DNA from: Adineta vaga
Lineage: Eukaryota > Animalia > Rotifera
Reading direction: 5' to 3'
Assembly: GCA_021613535.1 (NCBI GenBank)
Contig: CP075494.1
Span: 13,578,001 to 13,642,000 of the forward strand
Length of the DNA: 64,000 bases
Shown: piece after piece, positions 15,001-26,900 of the stretch
Position numbering within the stretch: position 1 is the first letter of the stretch
How the letters are laid out: every line of letters begins with the position of its first letter
Made by a program: the position numbers and the translations under genes
The notes under the pieces: generated by a model
The model's input: only the letters and a program-made list of their open reading frames with translations
What the model was told of the DNA's origin: nothing
Databases searched by the model: none

Positions 15001-17904
15001 ATGTCGACTCGAGAATCCACATGGAACTCAAGAAGAAACTGCACGACTCGATATTCTTGCTGCACCACTCATCACCACTCAATTACCGAAACAAGAAGAA
15101 ACAGTGAGTGGCAAAGATGTGACACTTCGAGTCGTTGTTCGAGGTTCACCACGACCTGAAGCACAATGGTTCTTCAATGACACACCGGTACCTGCAGAGA
15201 ACACTGCATATGACGAAGAAAAGAGTGAATATCAGTTGTTGATCAAAGAAGCAACTGTTGCTGCAAATGAAGGAACATATCGTGTTGTGTTGAAGAATGA
15301 TCTTGGAGAGAGTGAATCAACACCATGTGTATTGACAGTACTGGAACCAGTGAAAGTAACAAAGACAGCACCAGCGAGTGATGTTGTCGACTTGAAAGTG
15401 AGTGAAGGATTGGAATTATCGTTTGATGTTGATGGTAAAGAAGCACCAAAAGTACAATTAACTAAGGATGGCAAAGAAGTGAAGTTCAGTAGTGTTGAAG
15501 GTGTAAAACATGTATATTCTATTGGTGAAGTAAAACCAGAATATCAAGGCGTATACAAGTTGACAGCGAAGAACAAAACATCAACAGAAGAAATAACTGT
15601 CACAGTTAATATTACAGGTAAACTAGATTTTTTTTCTTTCGTGAATTAATCGATAATACTAATGTATATGGATAAGATATTGAGGGAACGCCATCTTCAA
15701 GAAAACGCAGTATTATCATTGGTATGAGCCATTGCATTTGACCTCTATTGAATCAGAACACTTGTATTCTACTTCAATTACTTCAGTAAAAATAGAGTAT
15801 TTCCTATGAAACTCGAAGTCGCTGAATTGTCTTTTCGGCTATTGTGCTATTCGCCTGTACAAAAAGCAGAAATTAATAGGTAGACAATTTTCATGATATT
15901 TCACAACTACAAGGAATAATTCAGATTTATTTAAACCAAGTACTTTGAAAGAGGCGGTTATTCTTAAGCACAAGCAACACCTTTCTTTTTAACTTACATA
16001 ATTAATTTCAATTCTTTTTAGCACCACTGAACATTACTCAATCACTCACCGATATCAATGTACTACTCGGTCAACCTGGCACCTTGTCTCTTACTTGCGA
16101 TGCCTTTCCAGTGCCTAAAGTTACATGGTTAGTATTCACTTTATTTAAATCAATTCTATATATTTTATCACCCGTTTGCTTACAGGTTCTTCAATGATGT
16201 TGAACTCAAGAATTCGTCTAAACACAAAATCGAAGTCAAACAAAATGTATTCTCACTTACTGTAAACAAATGTGATCATCCCGACGTTGGCATTTATCGT
16301 GCACATGTTGATAATGGTATTGATCAAACTGATCAAACGGCGAAACTCAACGTCGGAGGTAATACTCTTCCTCTTCACAATCAAAAACAATGCCTATGCA
16401 TATATGTATTCTCATTTCTAGTCAAACCAAAAGTAGAAGCAGCTAAGCCAGCTAATGAACAATCATGTGTTATTGGTCAAGATACTCAAATTGCATGGCG
16501 ATTCAGTGGTATTGAGAAACCACAGGTGACATGGCTCTTCAATGGACAACCTCTTACAACTAATGAACGACATCAAATCACCGAAGGTGAAGATGGAACA
16601 TCGACACTAGCTATCAAGAGTGCTGAACTCACTGACAAAGGTGTTTACACTGCGAAAGCAACAAATGCAGTGGGTGAAGCAGAAGCAAAAACAACACTCA
16701 ACATTGCTGGTATCAAACCAGTGATCACGAATGATCTCGAAGGTACATTACAAGCAACGAAAGGTGAATCAATGACAATCAAACTACAAGTGACAGGTAC
16801 ACCTCGACCTGATGTCATTTGGTGTCGAGGAAATGATGATCTTGTACCAAGTGATCGTATTCAAGTAGTAGCACCAACAAGTGAAGGTGATGACACATAC
16901 ACATTGACAATTCTGAATGTTCAACCGGAAGATCAAGGTGATTATTCAGCTAAGATCAGTAATGTTGGTGGATCACTCAAATCGAAGAAATGCAAAGTTA
17001 CTGTCATGAGTAAGTTGTTGAAACCTCCATATGCTGTTTCTAGTTTTAATTCTAATAGAATCGCCTGTTTTCATTACGAAACCAACGACACAAGAAGTGA
17101 AACAAGGTGAAACAGCGGTATTCGAAATAAAGATCGATGGATATCCCACACCTAAAGTCACATGGCTTCTCAATGGCAAACCATTGACAGCGAAAGAAGG
17201 CGCACAAGTGGAACTTAATGCCACGACTGGTGATGCCAAACTATCAATTCCTAAAGTAGATCTACAACAACATTCAGGCACAGTTACATGTCGACTCGAG
17301 AATCCACATGGAACTCAAGAAGAAACTGCACGACTCGATATTCTCGCTGCACCACTCATCACCACTCAACTACCGAAACAAGAAGAAACAGTGAGTGGCA
17401 AAGATGTGACACTTCGAGTCGTTGTTCGAGGTTCACCACGACCTGAAGCACAATGGTTCTTCAATGACACACCGGTACCTGCAGAGAACACTGCATATGA
17501 CGAAGAAAAGAGTGAATATCAGTTGTTGATCAAAGAAGCAACTGTTGCTGCAAATGAAGGAACATATCGTGTTGTGTTGAAGAATGATCTTGGAGAGAGT
17601 GAATCAACACCATGTGTATTGACAGTACTGGAACCAGTGAAAGTGACAAAGACAGCACCAGCGAGTGATGTTGTCGACTTGAAAGTGGGTGAAGCATTTG
17701 AATTATCGTTTGATGTTGATGGTAAAGAAGCACCAAAAGTACAATTGACCAAGGATGGCAAAGAAGTGAAGTTCACCAATGTTGAAGGTGTGAAACATGT
17801 GTACTCAGTTGGTGAAGTAAAACCAGAACATCAAGGCGTATACAAATTAATAGCCAGAAACAAAACATCAACTGAAGAGATGACTGTTACACTCAATGTT
17901 ACTG
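1..17904 (+). repeat. Tandem array of near-identical 6-Ig super-repeat units: U1 <1-1479 (partial), U2 1799-3693, U3 4237-6132, U4 7945-9840, U5 10769-12651, U6 13727-15617, U7 16022-17904
   Basis: Each full unit has 4 exons (U2: 106+173+588+846 = 1713 nt = 571 codons). DNA and translations are almost identical between units. Inter-unit introns are 319, 543, 1812, 928, 1075, 404 and 55 nt. Confidence 0.96.
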
Positions 17905-20900
17905 GTAAATATAACCATTTAACAGAAAATAAAATCGTGAAATCATCGTTTTATTCTAGCTCCGTTAAATATATCACAACCCCTTAGTGATATTAATGTA
18001 TTGATGGGTCAAAGCGGTACTCTGACGTTCGTCTGTGATGCATTCCCTGCTCCGAAAGTAACATGGTATGGCGATGACGTGATTTCGATAGGAATACTCA
18101 ACATTAAAATTTTTCTTTTCGTTTTCCTAGGTTTATGAATGATAATGAGTTGAAAAATTCTGCTAAACATAAAATTGAAGCAAAACAAAATGTGTTTAGT
18201 TTAACTGTCAATAAATGTGAGAACGGTGATATTGGTATTTATCGTGCTCAGATAGATAATGGTATTGATAGAGGCGAGCAATCAGCCAAGTTGAACGTTG
18301 GTATTAAACCTACTGTGGTTGGGAAACCAACTGATGTTCAAGTCCAAATTGGCCAATCAGCTCGTCTCCAAGTACAATTTGCTGGACAACCTTTACCAGA
18401 CATTACATGGACTCGCGCTGATGGTCAACCGTTAGGTGAAAATGTCAAGATTGCCAATGATGAAAATGGCCTTGCTGTCTTAACATTCGATGCCACATCT
18501 TTGACAGACAAATGTGGCTATATTGCTAAAGCAACAAATATTGTTGGATTCGTCGAACAGAAGATCAATTTAGATGTTAAAGGTACGTATCATTGGATAT
18601 AATGAATACACAATCAATTCCCTTTTTTCGTACATGTTTAGAAATCAAACCAACGATTATTCGTGATCTCGAAGCAGCTATCAATGCTACAAAAGGTCAA
18701 CCAATGACTCTTACTATCGAAGCTACTGGTAATCCGAAGCCCACTGTTCGATTCTTCCGTGGGGTAGAAGAACTCGTCGCAGCAGAAGGTCAAATTGAGT
18801 TGAAAGAATTGGAAGATGGTCAAACATTTACTGCAACTATTCTAAGTATGCAACCGAACCATCAAGGTGAATACACAGCTACAGTTCAAAATACAGGTGG
18901 AAGTGCAAAGAGTAAGAAATGCAAAGTTACCGTAACAAGTAAGGCTTAATTTATTAGTCGATCGATACAAAAGAGAGACACATATGTTTCTTTTTCTTAC
19001 ATTTAGAAACTCCAACGTTTACTCGTACACCACAAGATTTAACTGTGGCAGAAAAGTCTGAAGCTGTTTTTGAATGTGAAATCGATGCGTTCCCAGCAGC
19101 TAAAGTTACTTGGCTAAAAGATGGTAAACCATTAACTGTAAAGGAAGGTGTTGAAATTCAAGCACAAGCTGATAAAGGTCTCTATACACTTCGTATTCCT
19201 CAAGCTGATACTGTAAAACATATGGGTACTATACTTTGTCGTGCTGAAAATGCAATAGGAAATGTTGAACATCCAGTGACACTGAATATCACTACAGCGC
19301 CAACACTGAAAGCACAATTGAAAGATACCGAAGTATTACGTGGACAAGATGCAACATTTTCGGTGGATGTTCAAGGTTTTCCAATACCAGAAATAACTTG
19401 GACACGAGGAACGGATAAAGTTCTCGAAGTAGAAGTCGAAAAAATATCGATTTCTGACGATCGAAAACAATTAACAATACATAATGCACAGATTGATAAT
19501 GAAGATGAATATAATGTAAGAATGGTGAATGAATTTGGTGAAATAACAAGTAAAGCAAAATTAAGTGTATTAGGTATGTTCTATTGTATGTTATCTAACT
19601 CTCATTGCTTTGTGTCTTTGAAGAATTACCGGAAATTCAACCACTTTTGGAAGATAAAAATGTTCAAATTCGTCAACAAATTGAATATTCAACAATAATT
19701 ACTGGTCGACCATTACCCGAAATTCAATGGTTGAAAAATCAAAAACCATTGAGTGCATCTCCGCCACATATTCAAATTGAAACTACTGAAGAGAATGTTA
19801 TTAAAACAACACTTCGCATCGATAATATTCAATCTGATGACGATGCTACATATACAATTCGAGTCAAAAATCGTGCTGGACAAAAAGAATCAACATCGAA
19901 ATTAAATGTCCAAGCCAAACTCTCATTTCTAAAAGCATTTAAAGATGAAAATGTTATTCAAGGACAACCAATTACATTTCAATGTCAAATTGAAGCTATA
20001 CCAAAACCGAAAGTAACTTTCTATCTAAATGATCAAGAATTGAAATCGGGCGGAAAAATTAAAGTTGAATCGAAAGGTGATGTTCATACGTTATCATATT
20101 CGAAAGTTGATTTAATCGATAGTGGTATCATTAAAGCAATCGCTGATAATGGTTTAGATAAAGACGAAATAACTGCAAAATTAAATGTCTGCTTGAAACC
20201 AAGTCTTGTAGGCAAACCAACTGATGCTCAAGTTTCAATCGGTCAACCAGCACGATTACAATGTTCATTTACTGGATTACCTATGCCAGAATTGAAATGG
20301 TCACGTGTTGATGGTCAGCCATTGAATGAAGGAATTGAAATAGCTAATGATGAAAATCAAGGAATCGCTGCTTTAGTATTTAATGCAACAGCAATGGCTG
20401 ACAAAGGAGCTTACATGGTTAAAGCAACAAATGTTGTTGGATCAGTTGAACAAAAACTCAATCTTGATGTTAAAGGTACGTATCATTGGATATAATGTAT
20501 AAATAATCAATTCCCTTTTTTCATACATGTTTAGAAATCAAACCAACGATTATTCGTGATCTCGAAGCAGCTATCAATGCTACAAAAGGTCAACCAATGA
20601 CTCTTACTATCGAAGCTACTGGTAATCCGAAGCCCACTGTTCGATTCTTCCGTGGGGTAGAAGAACTCGTCGCAGCAGAAGGTCAAATTGAGTTGAAAGA
20701 ATTGGAAGATGGTCAAACATTTACTGCAACTATTCTAAGTATGCAACCGAACCATCAAGGTGAATACACAGCTACAGTTCAAAATACAGGTGGAAGTGCA
20801 AAGAGTAAGAAATGCAAAGTTACCGTAACAAGTAAGGCTTAATTTATTAGTCGATCGATACAAAAGAGAGACACATATGTTTCTTTTTCTTACATTTAGA

Positions 20901-23900
20901 AACTCCAACGTTTACTCGTACACCACAAGATTTAACTGTGGCAGAAAAGTCTGAAGCTGTTTTTGAATGTGAAATCGATGCGTTCCCAGCAGCTAAAGTT
21001 ACTTGGCTAAAAGATGGTAAACCATTAACTGTAAAGGAAGGTGTTGAAATTCAAGCACAAGCTGATAAAGGTCTCTATACACTTCGTATTCCTCAAGCTG
21101 ATACTGTAAAACATATGGGTACTATACTTTGTCGTGCTGAAAATGCAATAGGAAATGTTGAACATCCAGTGACACTGAATATCACTACAGCGCCAACACT
21201 GAAAGCACAATTGAAAGATACCGAAGTATTACGTGGACAAGATGCAACATTTTCGGTGGATGTTCAAGGTTTTCCAATACCAGAAATAACTTGGACACGA
21301 GGAACGGATAAAATAATTGAAGCAAATGAAAAATATACATGGTCCGATGATCAACATCGTCAGTTAATCATTCATAATATACAAGTCGATGATGAAGACG
21401 AATATAATGTGAAAATACAGAATGAATTTGGTGAGATAACAAGTAAAGCTAAACTTGCATGTTTAATTGCACCAAATATTTCACCTTCTACTATTGATGA
21501 TATTATTTTACAACGTGGTGATGAAAGTGAACATCAATTTGAGATTGAAGGTCGTCCACAAGTTGATATCACATGGTTGAAAAATGGCAAAGAACTTAAG
21601 TTAACTGAAAATCCAAATTATATCTTTACTTCCGATAAGGAAACAAATAAAGAAACATTTAAAATAATCAAAGCTGATGGTGATGATCAAGCACGTTTTA
21701 CATTACAAATTAAAAATAAAGCGGGTAAAGCTGAGGTTAACATGAATATTATCGTCAAAGCTAGTTTACAATTTACAAAAAATCTTGCCGATGTTGCTAC
21801 TGTTGTTGGACAACCAGTAACATTTTCATGTGAATGTTTTGGTTTACCAAAACCAACAGCAATAATATGGTATTTCAATGATATTGAAGTTAAAGGATCA
21901 GCAAAATATAAAATGGATGCAAAATATCCATTGATTACATTAACACTTAACAAAACAGATTTAATTGATATTGGTAAATATCGTGTTGTTATTACAAATG
22001 GTGAACAAACAATTGAAAGCGAAGCCAATTTATTAGTACAAACAAAACCAAAATTAGAAGGTAAACCACAAGATGCACAACCAATTATTGAAGAATCAGC
22101 ACGAATTCAATGTAAATTTTCTGGTTCACAACCATTTACAGTCACATGGTTAAAGAATGGTGAACCATTAGTTTTACCAAATGATAATATCGAAGTGATT
22201 AGTGAAGCTGATACTGGTATTCAAGCACTTGCTTTTAAACGTGTTGAAATTGAAGATAAAGCAAGTTATACTGTTCAAGTTGCCAATAAAGTTGGACAAG
22301 CTGAAGGAAAAATGAATCTAACACCAAAAGGTTTGTATTAAAAATTCAATAGAAGACATTCGCATTTTTGTTTTCCTTTGTAGAAATCAAACCAACTATT
22401 ATCACTGATCTCGAAGGCAAAACAGTTCAAAAAGGTGAACCATGTGAATTAACAATTATTGCTGAAGGTAAACCGCAACCACAATGTAAATGGACATTTA
22501 ATAATCAAGATTTAACTTTAATACCTGATGAAATCGAATCTGTTGTTGATGAAAATGATAAACGTATTTATTATCTACGATTAATATCGACTCAACCAAA
22601 ACATGTTGGTGAATATTCATGTACATTAACGAATGGTGGTGGAAGTGTTAAATCGAAAAAAGTGAAAATTACTTGTGAAAAATCTCCACAATTTGGATCG
22701 GAAATTGGTAAAACAGTTAAAGCTATTCAAGGTGACGATACACGAATTGAAAGTCCGATTGATGCTTATCCAATACCTAAATTTACTTGGTAAGTTTTTC
22801 GATTTCGAAAAATAAACTTTTAACATTCGAATCTATTCTTTTAGGAGTCGAGCATCAGACAACAAAACATTGAGTGAAAAAGATGGCAATTATTCTATTG
22901 CATTTGATACAGATAGAAATGCTTCTATTCTATTAATTAAACAAGTTAATAAAGTTGAACATGAAAATGAATATATCTGTCAAGCAACTAATGAATTTGG
23001 TGCAGCTGAAATGCGTACAAAATTACTTGTACTTATTCGACCATATTTCATTGAACAATTAAAAGATACTCAATGTCATGAATTTACTGAACAATTCGCA
23101 ATTGAATATCAAGCTGAAGGTTTTCCTGAACCAACAATTCAATGGACACGAAATAATGAAGTTATCGTTCCATCATCAAAAGAATTTCGAATTGAAAAGA
23201 ATCGTTTAGTCATCTTAGAAACGAAATTAGAACATACAGGTACATATGCTGTGAAATTAACCAATGAAGTTGGAGAAATCGAATCATCAATGCAATTAAC
23301 AATTACCGAACGACCCATTGAAGTTGGTAAACATCTTGTCGATACAAATGGTGTTGAAAAAGAGAATATGACATTTGAATGTGTCTTTACCAAACCAATT
23401 GAACGAGTGAAATGGTTAAAGAATGGTCAAGAATTACCCGATGAAGCACGATTTCTACGTAAAGGTGAACCAAATCAACGATATTTTCAATTAGAAATTC
23501 ATTCATTAACACTTGATGATACTGCTGAATATTCGTGTGTTTATGATGAAGCAACAAGTTCAAAAGCGAAATTAACTGTTGGTGAATTGCCAGTTGATTT
23601 TGAAAAACCACTTTCAAATCAATCATTAACTGAATATGATACATTAACATTAGAATGTATTGTAACGAAACCAAATAAACAAGTCAAATGGTTTTTTGAT
23701 AATCAAGAAATTCAAGTTGATGAACGATGTCGACTTGAAGTCGAAGAGAAAACACATCGATTAATCATTAGCAATATGTCACCGAATGATGAAGGAAATT
23801 ATGATGTTATTACAGAAAGTGATCGAAAGAGTTCAGCATTTGTTAGTGTGAAAGGTAGGTCGATTTGTTTTTAAATGAATTTAGAAAGAAAACTTTTTTT

Positions 23901-26900
23901 AATTATAGAAATTCCTATTGAATTTGTTCGTCCATTGAAAGATGTTGAAATTCAAGAACGTTCATCTGAATTAATTCTCGAATGTGAATTAAATAAATCT
24001 GTTCATGTTGAATGGTATCGTTTTTCAACTGAATTAACATCATTTACTGATGAACAACGTATTATTCTCGAACATAATGATCTTATTCATCGTTTAATCA
24101 TTAAAAATATTCAAATGGATGATAATGGAACATATACATGTCGTTATCCATCACAAAATGTTGATTCATCATGTAAAGTACATGTAACAGAATTACCATT
24201 AGCATTTGTACAAAGTCTAAATGAAGAATATGTTATAACAGAAAATGATGATTTAATCTTAAATCTTGAATTAAATAAAATGAATTTCTTGAAATATGAA
24301 TGGCTTCAAGATGGTGTTGTTATTGAAAATAATGATCATATTAAAATGTCTGTTCAAGGTGAAAAATATCAATTGAAAATAACCGATGGTAAACTTGAAG
24401 ATCAAGGTAAATATACGTTTCGTATACCAGAAGCTAATCTTGAAACACAAACCAATGTACAAATCAAAGAATTAGCTATTTATTTTACACGACAATTGAA
24501 AGAGAGTACAATTGTTATGGAAAATACAACTGAATATCGTTTGGATTGTGAAATCAATAAGGAAAAGAAAGTTGCACAGTGGTTTAAAGATGATGAACAA
24601 CAAGCATTAGTTTCCAATGAAGAAATTCAAATACAAACCATAGGTCGTATACATGCATTAGTTTTCAATTCAGTAAAATTGAAACATGCTGGAAAGTATA
24701 CATGTCAATTTAGTGACGATATTAAATCGAGTGGTGCACTTCGAGTTGAAGGTATGTTTACGAAGAAAAGAAAATGTAAGAGATATTTTCGTTTGTTTTT
24801 ATAGATGCACCAACAGAATTCGAAGTTGGTTTACAAAATATGACAATTGTTGAAGATGAACCATTGATATTAGAATGTATTTTAACAAAAGATCGACCTG
24901 ATGATCAAATAACATGGTCATTCGATGGTGAACCATTAGTTATTGATAATGAACGTATTAAAGTATCCAAAGTTGGTCCTATTGTGAAATTAATTATTGA
25001 CGAATGTCAATTAAGTGATGATGGACGTTATCAAGCTGAAATTAATGGAAAAACAACCAAAGGAAATGTTGTTGTAACAGGTAAAACTTGAATGACATAA
25101 TTCTTTTTTTTGATTCATCTCAAGATATTCTTTTCAATTTTTTTCTAGAGAAAAAACTTGAATTTGTTCGTCCATTACAAGATATTGAATTTGATGAATG
25201 GTCCAAATGTGTTCTTGAATGTGAACTTAATAAACGTAATGTTCAATGTCGTTGGTATAAAGATACATCGGAAATTTATCCAAATGATCATTATCAATTT
25301 GAAATTGATGATAAAGTTCAACGTCTAATTATCGATCGTATTGAATTAACTGATGCTGCAACATATGGATGTGTTTGTCGTAAAGCAAAAACATCGGGAA
25401 ATTTAACTGTGAAAGAATTACCATACGATTTCATTCGTCCATTAGACGAAACTGTTTCAATTGTGGAAAAACAACAATTAGTTCTTGAATGTGAAAGTAA
25501 TAAACCGTTGAAAGATAATCCTATAATATGGACACGAGATGGACAAGTTTTAACACATAATCCAATCGATGGTATATTGATTAAAACAATGGATAAAGTT
25601 CATACATTAACAATTTATGAATGTAAAATGAAAGATCATGGACAATATGTATGTACAATTAAACAAGCAAGTACAACATGTCTAGTGAATATGAAAGGTA
25701 AATTGATATTGAATTTGAATTTGTTTTCGTTTTAAAAAGAATTTTGTTCAATTGATTTTTGTAGAAGCACCAGTAGAATTTGTTCGTCCACTAGAAAATG
25801 CAACAGTGACGGAAGGTCAACCATTGAAATTAAGTTGTACATTGAGTAAAGAAAATTGTCAAGTTATTTGGTTGAAAGATAATGAAGAAATCAATGTTAG
25901 TGAAGATGAAACAAATCGATTTGTTGCAACAAATGATGGTCGAGTGTATCGATTAGAAGTAAAAGAATCGAAGATGATCGATGCAGGAATATATACCATT
26001 AAAGTTGAAGATAAAGAACAATCATGTCAAGTTGTTGTTACAGGTAAGAAAACTTTCAAAAGAAATTAAATTTCATTGATTTCCCTTTTTTTCCTCTTAT
26101 CTCATTTAATAGAAGCACCAATTGATATCGTTATTCCACTCAGTGACAAGACATGTGTCGAAGGTCAAGCAGAATTCTCTGAATTTTATGTTGAATTGAA
26201 TAAACCAAATATCAATCTTATATGGAAATGTGACGATGAGCCAATTGATTTTACTGATTCGAAATATTCGAAATTGAATGAAAAAACGAAATATACATTA
26301 ATTATACGTACTATTGAATTATCTGATGAGAAACTATATTCTTGTCAAATTAGTGGTGGTACAACATCACGTGTCAAATCATCTGCACAATTAACTGTTG
26401 AAGAATTACCACCAGACTTTGTTTTAACAACAACACCATTACAAGATCGTGAATGTTTCGAAGAAGAAGATGTTGAATTCGAATGTGAATTGAGTAAATC
26501 GAAATGGAAGAAATCAGGTCAAACAATCATATGTAAATGGTTTCGAAATGGTGATCGTGAATTACGATCAACAGCAAAATATTCCATTCAACGCGAAGGT
26601 CCAATGCAAAAATTAATTATTCATAATGCACAATTTGAAGATGATGGAGAATATCGTTGTATGATTATGGATAAAGATGTTAGTGCTAAATTAACTGTTA
26701 AAGGTAATATTTTTCTATTCGTTTAAATTAGCACAATTCAATAATCTATTTTTCTTTTCATAGAAATTCCTGTGACTTTCACACAATTACTTGAAGATAT
26801 TCAAACAATCGAACGTGAAACTGTTACATTTCAATGTGAAATCTCGAAAACTCATTCAACACGTACACAAACAGAAATTCCAATTCATTGGTATCGTGAT

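Larger units (their letters stand above)
17960..23300 (+). repeat. About three older, diverged copies of the same 6-Ig period (U8 ~17960-19910, U9 ~19910-21760, U10 ~21760-23300, the last incomplete)
   Basis: Position-specific motifs recur in the same order: W/FY.ND.ELK, KP...GKP.D.Q..I, EIKPTII.DLE, N.GGS.KSKK.K.T, ID(A/G)(F/Y)P..K.TW. Confidence 0.8.

Noticed and set aside
665-17779. Recurrent minus-strand ORFs (MPECCCRSTLG.., MPSLVNCTFG.., MVLLY..) and short alternative-frame plus ORFs
   Set aside because: Shadows of the repeated titin exons; they recur only because the DNA is repeated.
1-17904. Repeat units as separate tandem genes or a CRISPR-like repeat/spacer system
   Set aside because: Units lack their own starts and stops and splice in frame into one CDS; the spacers are GT-AG introns.
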